From the NCBI GenBank assembly GCA_025594325.1, contig JANHCV010000015.1, positions 310,001-374,000 of the forward strand: DNA of 64,000 nucleotides, read 5' to 3'. This DNA is from Blastocladiella emersonii ATCC 22665 (Eukaryota > Fungi > Blastocladiomycota). The notes beneath the pieces are model-generated. The model was not told where the DNA came from and made no database searches. It saw nothing but the letters and a program-made list of their open reading frames with translations. Made by a program: the position numbers and the translations under genes. Shown in pieces: positions 25,617-36,290 of this stretch (positions are counted from its first letter, which is position 1; every line of letters starts with the position of its first letter).

Positions 25617-26959
25617 ATTCGACCTGCCCGGCTCGCTCTGGTGTCGCTCGACAGCGTCGCCCACCGTGTCCACAACCCGCCAAGGTGTCGTGGTGACGAT
25701 TTTTTTTGAACGCATACATATACACGAATCTTTTGTAAATGGATTTCACTCGAGAGAGTAAAAACGACAGTTGGCGAGCGGCGATCGAAAGCGCGTTGGC
25801 CAAAACACGTGATCCTGATCGCGACGCATGGAGTGGTCGGTGAAGCGTTGTGACGATCACAGCTCGACGCTACAGTCTCAATGCTTGCTAGTTCGATGTG
25901 TGTGAGTTGCAGCAAATCAACTTACAGTGACTCTTTACTCCAACTTTCACAGCCAAAAAATATCGTTTGTGAGCGAGTTTCGGGGTCAAATTGCGGGTGA
26001 GTGGTAACCGCTTTTCTACCCGTGATCATGAAAAATTCCGATTTATGTGCTCGTCATTACAGATGCTTTAGCCGTCATCGTGGCTCTTTGCGGTTTGTCG
26101 CGGCGTTGCGCAGAAGAAGGGGAGCATCCTTGCGAGGACTGCTCGTTTGGTAGGCTGCAAGCGGAGGCCCCGCTTTGCTACAAACCGCCCAACTTTGATT
26201 ATGAGGGTGTGCCGCTGACGTCAAACAGGCAATGAAAGCCGCCATTTGGGTTTGTCAGCGTCAGGACTTTAATTGTGGCGTACCATCACCCTCGCCAACA
26301 CCTGCTTGTCGCAGTAGAGCTTGTTGGCCTCGACGTTCGTGGTTGTCGCAGCGATGATGGCAGTGCACCTTGCCGCTCTCCTTGATCACTTCCACCACAT
26401 GAGCGTGGATCGGTGGCAGGTGCTCGGCAGAATGATACACGCATTGCTGAGGCAAGCGTACACCTAGTCAAGGAGGTGTATTCCTGCCTTTGGCCCTGAA
26501 CCAGGGCTGGGTGAGGTGAGAGAGGTTGACAAAGCAGGGAGCGGCGCTGCGGGAGCGCGATGAGCCAGCGAGACGAATGCGGGCGTAAACAGGCAAGATC
26601 AGGTGGACGATCACCACGATCGCCACCACATGAACGACGCGTAACAGTTGGTCATAGCGCCTGATCTCAAGCCCGTATCACAACTACAATCAATCAGCTT
26701 GCCCTCCGCGGGCATTCATGAATTCCTTCAACGAATTCCATCAATGCGCTCCTTCAGCCTCAGATCTATCCATTTTTCTCTCTCTATTGCGACGCTCTCA
26801 AAAGGGTGCTCGTTCATCCAAGAGGAGGTTTTATGATCAAAAGTAAGCTCTCATCTCAAACTCGTGGCACTCAAAACAAAATCCGCTTGGAACGTGGGAG
26901 ATCTTGGCGACATCGACCGCGTCACGCGTCGCAGGTCGAGTTGGTGAAACGCTTCGCGC

Positions 26960-27253
26960 TTAGGGGAAGGGCGGGCGGTCGCAGTCTGAGCAGCCGCGGA
27001 TGCAGTCGTTCTCACACTGGCGGTCGCCGTGGCAGCTGTACTCGCACGCATGGTAGCAAGCGAAGCCGCAGCTCTGCACGCCTATGTGATCAGGAATGGG
27101 GATGGGTGAGATGTTGACTCAGAAGAAACCGGTGTGAACACGCTATCACGAACCAACGTTGGCAGCCTTGGACTCGGCGGGGGCAGCCGAGATGCCCGAG
27201 GCGGCAAAGCCAAGGACGACAGCGACGGCGAAGAGGGCCTTGATGAGCTTCAT
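26960..27253 (-). CDS. Secreted 8-Cys peptide, paralog 4 (exons 27253-27154, 27081-26960)
   Basis: Spliced product MKLIKALFAVAVVLGFAASGISAAPAESKAANVGVQSCGFACYHACEYSCHGDRQCENDCIRGCSDCDRPPFP*. Confidence 0.9.
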
Positions 27254-27321
27254 GTTGTTGGCGGTTTGAAGGTCGGGGAGGAGGCTGGGGTTGCTGGCTC
27301 TGCTGAATCGGCTTTGGACCG

Positions 27322-27344
27322 CGGGGGGCTGGCCGCTATCTATC
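27322..27344 (-). promoter_or_regulatory. Conserved core promoter of peptide gene 4
   Basis: Reverse complement reads GATAGATAGCGGCCagCCCCCCG, 91 nt upstream of the ATG. Confidence 0.72.
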
Positions 27345-28608
27345 GCCTCAAGCTCACTCGCCCTCTTCCTTCAGCGTGAAGCCCATGGTACGCTTCGCGT
27401 TGGAGAGCGAAACGGTCGGCAACTTGCACACGCGTGCGTGCGTCGCTGGCGGCGGCTACTTCCCTGGGAGCCGAGACCAGATCAGGAACTTGCAGACGCT
27501 CGGGCACACCGTCATCATATTCGTATGTATTGCGGATCCCAGTCGGGGGACGTGCGTGGGCGAGTGAATTGGTCGCATGATGCACGTACGCGAGTGCGCA
27601 CGCGAGCGGACGAGTTGAGCCGACGTCGAAGCGACACCTTGAATCCTGAACGAGGACCGCGTGCGGATGCGCGCGCGTTGGTCGGGATCGAATCAAGAAA
27701 GTGAGCCCAGATTCGCACACGGATGCCAGAACAGGTGGTGGTGCATGGTGGCCACGCAGGCCACCGCTCTGTTTACTGACATTGCGCACGCGACTCCCAG
27801 GGCCCGAGCTCGCGATTCTTGGGCGCGTGACCAGGCGACGCGCTTTCTTCTCTCGGCCAGGTTGTCAAGCGGGGCATCACTGGGAGCCAACTGCCAGGGA
27901 GTGTGTAAATGCGGGAGGCGACTGACGCCTACGACCTGGTCCGGTCAGCGACGCCTGGCTGCGCGATTCGAACGAATGGCGCGTTGGTGGCTTGAGCAAA
28001 CACTTTTATGGACGCGTTCTGTTATCACGTGTTTTATGTCACGCGCATGCTGCGGCTCGTCTTTGGTGCCTTGCCTTGCCTTGCCTTCACAACCACGCCG
28101 CTGTGTTCAATCAACAAAGGTTGCTTCTTGCGTCGCGCGGTATACAGACCCTGTTGCTCCAACGAATGAGCCCAGCTCGGGCCTGGCGATGCCGAGCATG
28201 GTAAAACCTGAGAGAGCGAGGTAACTAAAGCGGCCGTCTTGTTATTGGCATTAAACTACTCACACTGCTCGTTGCTCACGGCGGGAATCTCGTGAGGTTG
28301 GTGACTGAAGCGACCACCCACTGTTGCCAGCCAAGCACACACTTTCATTGACAAGGGAGATGCAAGCTTGTGCAAACGTTTTTCAAAGCTTTCTCCTTCA
28401 CGCGTTAATAGGTCGCCAAGTCATGAAGAAAGCTAGACCCTCTCTATTCGAAACACGGTTCCATTGTGGAGCTCAACCGACTAGAAACCAATGAATCTTT
28501 TAAGCAAAACTGTCTGTGTATCAATCAATCATCATCGATCTTCTTACTCTATCCCATCATCTCCTCCTTGTCAACAGTTCCGCTTGGCGCCGTCAGGTCC
28601 GAGGCCAT

Positions 28609-29547
28609 TCAGGGGCGGCGGATCGGGTCGTCGCAGCCCATGCAGTCGAGGTTGCACTGGTCCTTGCACTTGTTGTCGTTGCCGCAGCGCTTCGAGCAAG
28701 CGCGGTAGCACCTGGGAGCGAGAAGAAGTGGTTAGACGGTGATCGACGAGGAGCGGGGATCGCGCGGCGCGGCCGTCGCCAAAGAATCGAGTTTCCTCGA
28801 GACCTTCTTGGCGCGGTGCAACGCGACACGACGCGGCCACGGTAGATCGAACGTCGAGATAGAAACGTACTGGTACGAACAGCCCTTGATGGAGGCGGAC
28901 TCGGTGTTCAGGCTGGCGAACTCGCGGCGGATCGGGTCGTCGCAGCCCATGCAGTCCAGGTTGCACTGGTCCTTGCACTTGTTGTCGTTGCCGCAACGCT
29001 TGGAGCACGAGCGGTAGCACCTGGGTAGAAGAGAGGGAGGTTAGGGCGTGATTGATGAGGTGGAATCCGCGATCGCGCGCGGCTCCGCCGTGAAGGATCC
29101 CAGTTTCCTCGGTCCACCACCAGGGGCAAGGCCGGGTTCGCGCAGCGCGGCGACAGCGTAAAATTTTGAGCGAGAAAAAAAAAACGTACTGGTACGAGCA
29201 GCCCTGGATCGAGACGGCCTCGGCGTTGAGGGCGGCGAACTCGCGGCGGATCGGGTCGTCACAGCCCATGCAGTCCAGGTTGCACTGGTCCTTGCACTTG
29301 TTGTCGTTGCCGCAGCGCTTCGAGCAGCGGATGTAGCACTGGTACGAGCAGCCCTCGGTGCCTGGAGCGAGAAAAGGCGAAGAAAACCGTCAGGATCGCG
29401 ACCAGGAAGCCGTGGGAGGTCGTGGCGGGCAGACGACGCACCAGCGGCGATGGCGGCGGCCTTGTTCTCAGCGGGGCCAGCGTTGACGCCCGAGGCGGCG
29501 AAGCCGAGGACAACGGCGACGGCGAGGATGACGTTGGAGACGCGCAT
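28609..29547 (-). CDS. Three-core 8-Cys peptide precursor, paralog 5, 176 aa (exons 29547-29442, 29361-29190, 29020-28871, 28711-28609)
   Basis: Signal/pro region MRVSNVILAVAVVLGFAASGVNAGPAENKAAAIAAG, then three near-identical cores GCSYQCY(IR/RS/RA)CSKRCGNDNKCKDQCNLDCMGCDDPIRR separated by EFAALNAEAVSIQ and EFASLNTESASIK, ending RRP*. All three introns are GT-AG and keep the frame. Confidence 0.92.
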
Positions 29548-29618
29548 GTTGAGGAGGTGAGGGGACGGTGGGAGGAAGGGCTAGAAGATGTTTGCTCTGC
29601 TGGATCACCTCTGTACGG

Positions 29619-29641
29619 CGGGGGACCGGCCGCTATTTATC
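29619..29641 (-). promoter_or_regulatory. Conserved core promoter of peptide gene 5
   Basis: Reverse complement reads GATAAATAGCGGCCggtCCCCCG, 94 nt upstream of the ATG. Confidence 0.75.
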
Positions 29642-31617
29642 TGCTCCGGCGCTCCCCTCTCCTCCCCGCCGCTCGCTCTCACGCTGCTGCGAGGGGACGG
29701 GTTCACCGCCCTCGCCGAATAGCGCTGGGCGGATACTGACGCGCGGCCCCGGGACACGCGACCATCGACCCGCGCGCGTCGCTCCAGTAACCCTGACCGC
29801 GACGATGATCTACCGCCGCGAGACACGCCCGCGAGACACCCCGGTCCCTTCAGACCTTGCATTGCGGTCGGCGCGCGCTGCACGGGGCAGGTCGGCTGCG
29901 CGGTCCCATGACGGTGTCGGTCATCACGCTCGCCCGCATTGCATTTAGTCGGCGCCCCAACGGCGGCAGGTGAGATGCCCAATCGTCCGAGTGTGCGCGG
30001 AAAGCATGCGAGTTGGGTCGACTTTGCGCGTGCGCGTCGCGCCGCGGGGTCATGTGCGCGTGACCCGCGAGGCTTGTGACCCGGCCGCAGGAAATCGGCG
30101 CATCTGGTGTCGCGGCGATCAAGAGAGATCAGGCTTCGCGCCGTGTCGGGTCAGTGGCGGATGAACCCGCTGCGATCGAGTAGCTGATGACGCGGGAGGT
30201 GATTAGCGCAACCTGGGGACGCGCACGCGCCCGGATCTCGGAGCCATGGTTCGAGTGGCTGACACGCTCGCGTGCGTGCGGAAGGTCGACGCCGCACCGC
30301 AATGCACAGCTGGGCGTAAGTGGTTGGGTCTACACCAATGATTTTATCATGATCGAGTGGATTACGGCCGGGTCAGCAGATATCTGGCGGGCTATACCGA
30401 CGGGAACGCGTCCGTGGTGGAGGGTTACGCGCAAAGTTGCATGACGGCGCCAAGCCCAATATCCGCCGGATAAGTGAGCATGTCGGTTGAGCGAGGCCAG
30501 CATCCGCTTTTCGCTTAAGTCCACCACCGCGCTCTGCAGTGCGACCTCCGCCGCCGCTCTCACGCTTCAAGACGGCGCGAACGTTGCTGCTGCGCTCACA
30601 TTCCAGCACGAAGATGGACTGTACCGTTAGCCGTCAGCAAAACGTTCAGTGTCGCTGAAACGGTGGCAGATCGAGTTGCCACGACGATCATTTGGTGGCG
30701 GTTGAACTGAATTTCGCTGAGCTGTCGATGGAATTGCTACGAGCTGGGGACGTGTGAGCCGTGGGGACCCCTCGCTCCGCTTGCATAACACCGTCCCTGT
30801 GGCGAACTCACCGGATCCGCCAATTTAGAGGGTGATAAGGCGGCGACACGCGTCGAGTTCTTGGGGCGAGGGTTGTGTGAGGTCCGTCCTTGCCAGCGAC
30901 CGAGCGCGCCGACGCTGAGCCCGCTCGCACTGTTTCCCACCGTCCTCGTGGCGGGTCCACTGGACCCGCTAATGATGAGGCTGATGAGGCGTATATGAGT
31001 GTGGAGAAATCGAGGCGGGGAGTTGGGTGAGGTCCACCCGAGCCGTTAAGCGAGCTCATCCCCAGCGCGTTTGCCCGCCCTGACGCGCGACTCGTCCCGC
31101 CGAACAAGCGTCGCGAGCGTCGTTCAGGCCAAGCTTGCGAAGAAGCGCTTCGAGCGTCGATTTGCTTTCGGGTTGTGGGGGTGCGACCCGGTGGGGCCAG
31201 CCGCGCAAGACGCAGTGTGAGACGCGTTGCGATATCACGCCAGCTCACCTGATGCTCGCCGCGCCGCGATTTCGCCTCGCCTTGCCTGCTTCTTCGCCAG
31301 CCTTCGACCTCCCGTCATCCTCTACTCGACCAGTTCGCCACCCCGTCTTCGTCTTGCTACCTTCCACCCAACCAGCTGCACCCTGCTGCAGCCATCCCGG
31401 AGACGGAGGCGCGGCTCGCGGTTGCTTCGTGCCCGCGGTCGGGGTCCTCTGCCCCTCCAAGAGCGAACCGCGAGGTCTCTCTGACGTCCCGCCGCGCGGA
31501 CCGACAGCGGGGATTCGTTCGTTTCCAGCCTCGATATGTTGCTAGTGTTATGTTCAGAAACGGATAGTGATTTGGGGAAACAGAGGAGGATACTAGTGCG
31601 CGAGGCGGGCGGGGTGG

Positions 31618-33208
31618 TTACTCGAGCTTGGCCTTCTTCTTGGGGCTCGCGGAGCTCGCGCGGGCCGCGGCGGTGTCGGCCTGCTCCTTGCGCGGCGAGG
31701 CGGAGGCGGAGGCGGATGGGGACTTGCCCTCGACCTCGTCGTGCTTGCGCTTCTTAGTTGGTGACGCGGGCGCCGCGGGCGCGGCAGCAGCGGGGGCAGC
31801 GGGGGCAGCAGCGGCCGACGACGACGACTTCTTCTTGACGAGGTTGGAGATCTCCTGGACGGGCGCCTGCTCGATCCGCGCCTTGGACGACGACGACGAC
31901 GCGGCCTCCTCGGCGGCCGCGGCGTCGGGGTTATCGCGGAGGTGGATCGAGTGGTTGACGTCGTCGATCTTGAGCGCGAGTTCGGGTAGGAGCTCCGCGA
32001 TATCGGCGATCTCGGTGCGTGCGTTGGTATCGTCGGGGTTGGCGGCGAGCGTAGCGCGCAGGGCGTCGGTGCGGGCGACGAGGACGGCGCGGGCGGCGGC
32101 GAGGTGGTCGCGTGCGCGCTCGAGCTCGGCGCCCTCGGCGTACTCGAGGGCGAGGGCGAGCTTGTAGTGGGTCTCGGCGAGGCGGCGGTCCGACGCGTCG
32201 TACAGCTCCTTTTGCAGGACGAGCGCCGTCGTGTAGTCCTCGACGGCCTGGCCAAACGACTCGGACTCGAGCGACACGTCGGCGAGCGTCACGATCACCT
32301 CGGCGTACCGCTTGCGCACCGCGAGGCGGATCGCCTCGTCGTCGGCGGCGGTCGCGGAGGCGGCGGTGGCCTTGGCCTTGCCCTTACCCTCGACGGCGAC
32401 GGCGGTAGCGGGGAGCGCGACGGCGGCGAACGGCGACCCGTCGGCGGCGTCGGCGAGGGCGAGCTCGCCGGCGAGGATTTTCTCGTAGATGACGCGGGCG
32501 ACGTCGAGCACCTCGAAGGCGATCTCAAAGTCGTCCTCCTCGATATCCTCCTCGCCGTTGTCCTCGTCGTCGCTCTCCTCGTCCTCGTCAGCGACGCCCG
32601 CGACGGCCGCGGCGGCAATGGCGGCGTCGTCGGCCGCAGACGACGCAGCGGCAGACGAAGCGTCGCCCTCATCCCCAAAGTGGAAACGCGACGGGTCCTT
32701 GGTGGGGACGAGGCCGGCCTCGAACACGGACAGGAGGTCCTTTTCGCGCTTGCCCGTGGCGTTGCGAACCTGCTCGGCGTCGCCGAGGACGCCCGCGCGC
32801 TCGATGGCGTGGTTGAGCAGCGCGCGGCCGTACCGGAAGTGGATGTCGGCGCACTTGGGGTGCACGGTGCCGTACTCGGTCGCGCTACGGGAGGTCGGGT
32901 CGGGTCAGTCGCCGTGTGGATGGATGGAACCAGCCTGGTGCGACGTACAGGGCCTCGGCGACCTGCGAGAACATCTGCGCAGCCAGCTCGTACTGGCGCT
33001 GGGCAAAGTGCAGGTTGCCCTCGTCGAACAGCGCCGTCAGCGTGCTCATGTAGTCGGTCTGCGCGGCCACGGCCGACGCGGGCGGCGCGGCGGCGCTCGC
33101 GGTCGCGGGAGCCGACGACGACGACGACGACGACGACGCGGCAGCCGCGGGCGCGGGCGCGGGCTTGGCGGGCGACGGCGTCGCGCTCTTCTTGGGAGAC
33201 GGCGTCAT
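31618..33208 (-). CDS. NASP/Sim3/Hif1-family histone H3-H4 chaperone (SHNi-TPR), 2 exons
   Basis: FDEGNLHFAQRQYELAAQMFSQ, HPKCADIHFRYGRALL, an acidic insertion followed by DDFEIAFEVLDVARVIY, LADVSLESESFGQAVEDY, RRLAETHYKLALALEY, and a basic NLS tail (KKKAKLE). Confidence 0.9.
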
Positions 33209-33680
33209 GGCGGCGGGTCGGTAGTAGCTACGTTGCAGTGCGGGAGGGCAGTGCTTCTCGAGGCGAGCGAGAGGGAGAGGGAGAGGGAATGGGAGCAAGA
33301 GGGACTTCGTCCGGACTTCGTCACATAGACCGCTCACGACCGTTCCCGTCGCGTTTCAGGCCGCATGATGGGCGTGGCAGGTCGGCGTCAAGACCCGCGT
33401 TTTCAGCGGATTCTGGAACGCGCGATCGGCCGCCCTCTGAGCGACGACGCCCCCCGCTCCTGCTCGCCGACCGCCGCCAAAGTCTATCGCGACTGCCTGC
33501 ACTCTGCCGGCTCGCCGTGGATTCGGCGCGAATTCGGATTTATTTTAGAGTCCCGTTGGAGGGCTTGGGCACGCGCCGACCGACTGAGCGCCACCTCCAC
33601 CGCCGCCCACCGCCGCCGATTCCACTCGCTCGCTCTCCTCTCCCACATCGCAAACTCCACTCAATCCACCAGCGACTGCC

Positions 33681-36290
33681 ATGAAACTACCCGCAACGCC
33701 GCCGTCAAGCGGCCGTGGCCGCCGCGGCCGCGCCGCCGCAAGGCCACCGCTCCTCGCCACGGTCGCGCTGCTCCTCGTCCTCGCCCTCGCCTCGCTCTCC
33801 GCCGTGACCGCGCAGCAGCAGCCGCCGGCCGCCAAGTCGCTGGACCCGAGCTTCTCGGTTCCCGCGATGCAGTGGCAGCGGCTGAACCCGCCGGCCGGCA
33901 CGCCGATGCCGGGCGGGCGGCGCGACGCCGTCTTCGTGTACGACCACACGACCAAGAAGATTGTGCTGTTCGGCGGGCGCACGCGCGACAACGTGCCGCA
34001 GGACGACACGTGGCTGCTCGACATTGTGACGGGGACGTGGCAGCTCGTCGAGAACAACCCGAGCCGCCCGCTGCGCCCGCCGGCCCGGTACGCGGCCGTC
34101 GCGGGCACCGATATCCCGACCACGTCCGACCGCCAGGGCGTCGTCATTGCCACGGGCATGGGGCCGAACGGCCAGATGCTCAACGACGCGTGGGGGTTCC
34201 ACATGAACCTGCTGTCGTGGAACATCATCCCCGCCGCCGGGGACGTGCCGCCCGGCATGTACAACGCGGCCGGTGGGGTGTCGCCCGAGGAGCACACGAT
34301 CGCGCCGTTCCCGACCACCCTGTACGCGGCGCTCGGCACTACCAAGACCGGCGGCGTCACCGACACCTACGCCCTGACCATCACGGGCGGGACGACCGGG
34401 TTCAACTACTCGAACGTCAAGGCCGAGTGGAAGAAGGTCGACGGCGGCACCGCGCGCCCGCCCGCCCGCTCGGACCTCGGCGGGCTCGTCCTCAGCGGCG
34501 AGAAGCTGCTCGCCTTCGGCGGGTGTACGGCCTCGGCGTGCCCCGCCGCCGACGGCTGGGTCGGGACCCCCTCCAACGTCAAGTTCTCGTCGGGCGGCGT
34601 GTGGAAGCAGGTCGACAGCTGCCCGGCCCCGCGCCGCGGCGCCTCGCTCGCGATCCGCCCGGACCTCAACGCCAACAACTACCAGAAGCAGGCCGTCATG
34701 TTCGGCGGCGCCGGCGACCGCGACGCGCCCGGACTTGTCTCCTATTTCGACGGCGACTCCAACTCGTGGGTCAACGTGCTCCCCGACGCGGTCGGCGGCA
34801 GCTACCCGGCGCAGCGCGACGGCGCGTCCATGGCCGCGCACCACGAGAACGGCGCCGTCGTCATGTTCGGCGGCCAGCTCGCCGACGGGTCCGTGTCCAA
34901 CGAGGTGTGGCTGCTCCAGTTCAACGCCCGCGACAACAAGAACACATACGTCCCGTGCTTTGTCAGCCAGGACTCGACCCAGCGCACCGTCCACGGGATC
35001 CTCATGGCCGCGGCCACCGCGCTGCTCACCGCCGCGACGTTCGTCTCGCGCTACTGCAAGCCCGCGCCCGCACCTGGCGCCCGCCCTGCGGGAGCGCGGG
35101 GTGCCGCCAAAAAGCAGCCGCCCGGCGGCGCGCGCAACGCACCCCCTGTCGCCGGTGCCGCTCGCCCGCGCGGCGGCGCGCCCGGCAGCGGCGTGTCCAC
35201 GGCGGGCCCGCAGAACGTGGGCGCGCTCGAGACTCCCGGCCGGCAGGTGTGGCTGTGGGCGCACGGCCTGCTAGCCTTCTTCGGCGTCGCGTGCGCGGGC
35301 GCCGGGTTCTACTTCGCGTACTCTGCGCGCGGCGGGACCGCCGGCCACTTCACCTCGCCGCACGCGGTCGTCGGGATCGTCGTGCTCGGGCTGCTCGCGC
35401 TGCAGGCGCTCTCGGGGCTCGTCCAGCCCGCGAATTTCCCGTCGCTCATGGCCGCCGAGCGCGAGGCGGCCGCGCGGCGTGGGACCGGGGTTGCGGGTGG
35501 TGCAGGGCAGGGCGGGGCGGGCGCGCGGAATACCGCGCTTAATAACGCGCTGCGCCAGATGAACGTGAACCCGAACCAGTTCTCGGGCGGTGCGGGTGGT
35601 CCCGCGTCCGCAGCTGCCGCCGGCGGAGCCGGGAACGGCGCCAAGTCGGCGCGGCGCAGCGGCCCCGGGATCCGCGGGTTCAGCTACGTGCAGTTCTGGT
35701 CGCGCGTGCACCAGACGCTCGGGCTCGGCACGCTGTATCTCATGTACCTGAACGTGTTCCTCGGGCTCGACAAGCTGGGCGCGTCGTGGGTGTGGTTCGT
35801 GGTCGTGGCCGGCGTCCTCGGCCTGCTCGCGTGCGCCTTCATCGTGCTCACGCTCATGGGCAAACCGAACCGCCGCACCTGGTCCGTGCGCATGGCCCGC
35901 AAGCTGCTGCGCAAGAAAGACGGCGTCGCGACGGGCTCCGCGTTGCCCGGACCCGGTGGGGTGGGCGGCGGCGCGTCGTCGGTCGCCCTCCGTGGCCCGA
36001 TCGATGATGACGACGAGGACGACGAGGACGACGACGAGTACGACAACGAGTACCGCTCCGGCGGTGGCGGCGGCGGCGGGCCCGGCGGGATGCACCGCCA
36101 CCACCCCGGCGGCAACGCGAATAACCCGACGGGCACGTTCCAGCGGTCGAACCGCAACGGCGGCGCCCTGGGCCACCACGGCAGCGACGGGTCCCTCGGC
36201 CGCCACGACGACGAGGGCGGCGACATGTACGACCGCGAGGTCGTGATCATGACGATCCCGAAGCCCAAGCTGCGCATCGTCAACTCGTAG
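33681..36290 (+). CDS. Signal peptide + Kelch beta-propeller + cytochrome b561-like membrane domain (869 aa, intronless)
   Basis: Kelch-like repeats (IVLFGG..DTW, LLAFGG, VMFGG..NEVW). Membrane helices carry four His at b561-like positions (VHGILM, AHGLLA, SPHAVVG, RVHQTLG). Confidence 0.75.
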   Translation: MKLPATPPSSGRGRRGRAAARPPLLATVALLLVLALASLSAVTAQQQPPAAKSLDPSFSVPAMQWQRLNPPAGTPMPGGRRDAVFVYDHTTKKIVLFGGRTRDNVPQDDTWLLDIVTGTWQLVENNPSRPLRPPARYAAVAGTDIPTTSDRQGVVIATGMGPNGQMLNDAWGFHMNLLSWNIIPAAGDVPPGMYNAAGGVSPEEHTIAPFPTTLYAALGTTKTGGVTDTYALTITGGTTGFNYSNVKAEWKKVDGGTARPPARSDLGGLVLSGEKLLAFGGCTASACPAADGWVGTPSNVKFSSGGVWKQVDSCPAPRRGASLAIRPDLNANNYQKQAVMFGGAGDRDAPGLVSYFDGDSNSWVNVLPDAVGGSYPAQRDGASMAAHHENGAVVMFGGQLADGSVSNEVWLLQFNARDNKNTYVPCFVSQDSTQRTVHGILMAAATALLTAATFVSRYCKPAPAPGARPAGARGAAKKQPPGGARNAPPVAGAARPRGGAPGSGVSTAGPQNVGALETPGRQVWLWAHGLLAFFGVACAGAGFYFAYSARGGTAGHFTSPHAVVGIVVLGLLALQALSGLVQPANFPSLMAAEREAAARRGTGVAGGAGQGGAGARNTALNNALRQMNVNPNQFSGGAGGPASAAAAGGAGNGAKSARRSGPGIRGFSYVQFWSRVHQTLGLGTLYLMYLNVFLGLDKLGASWVWFVVVAGVLGLLACAFIVLTLMGKPNRRTWSVRMARKLLRKKDGVATGSALPGPGGVGGGASSVALRGPIDDDDEDDEDDDEYDNEYRSGGGGGGGPGGMHRHHPGGNANNPTGTFQRSNRNGGALGHHGSDGSLGRHDDEGGDMYDREVVIMTIPKPKLRIVNS

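Noticed and set aside
28609-29361. Regularly spaced direct repeats that could suggest a CRISPR array or satellite
   Set aside because: The repeats are coding exons (peptide cores) separated by GT-AG introns in a eukaryotic gene; there are no cas genes.
18426-29547. Dikaritin/ustiloxin-type RiPP biosynthetic cluster
   Set aside because: No DUF3328/UstYa, tyrosinase or other tailoring enzyme is visible nearby, and the cores look disulfide-folded rather than short cyclised peptides.
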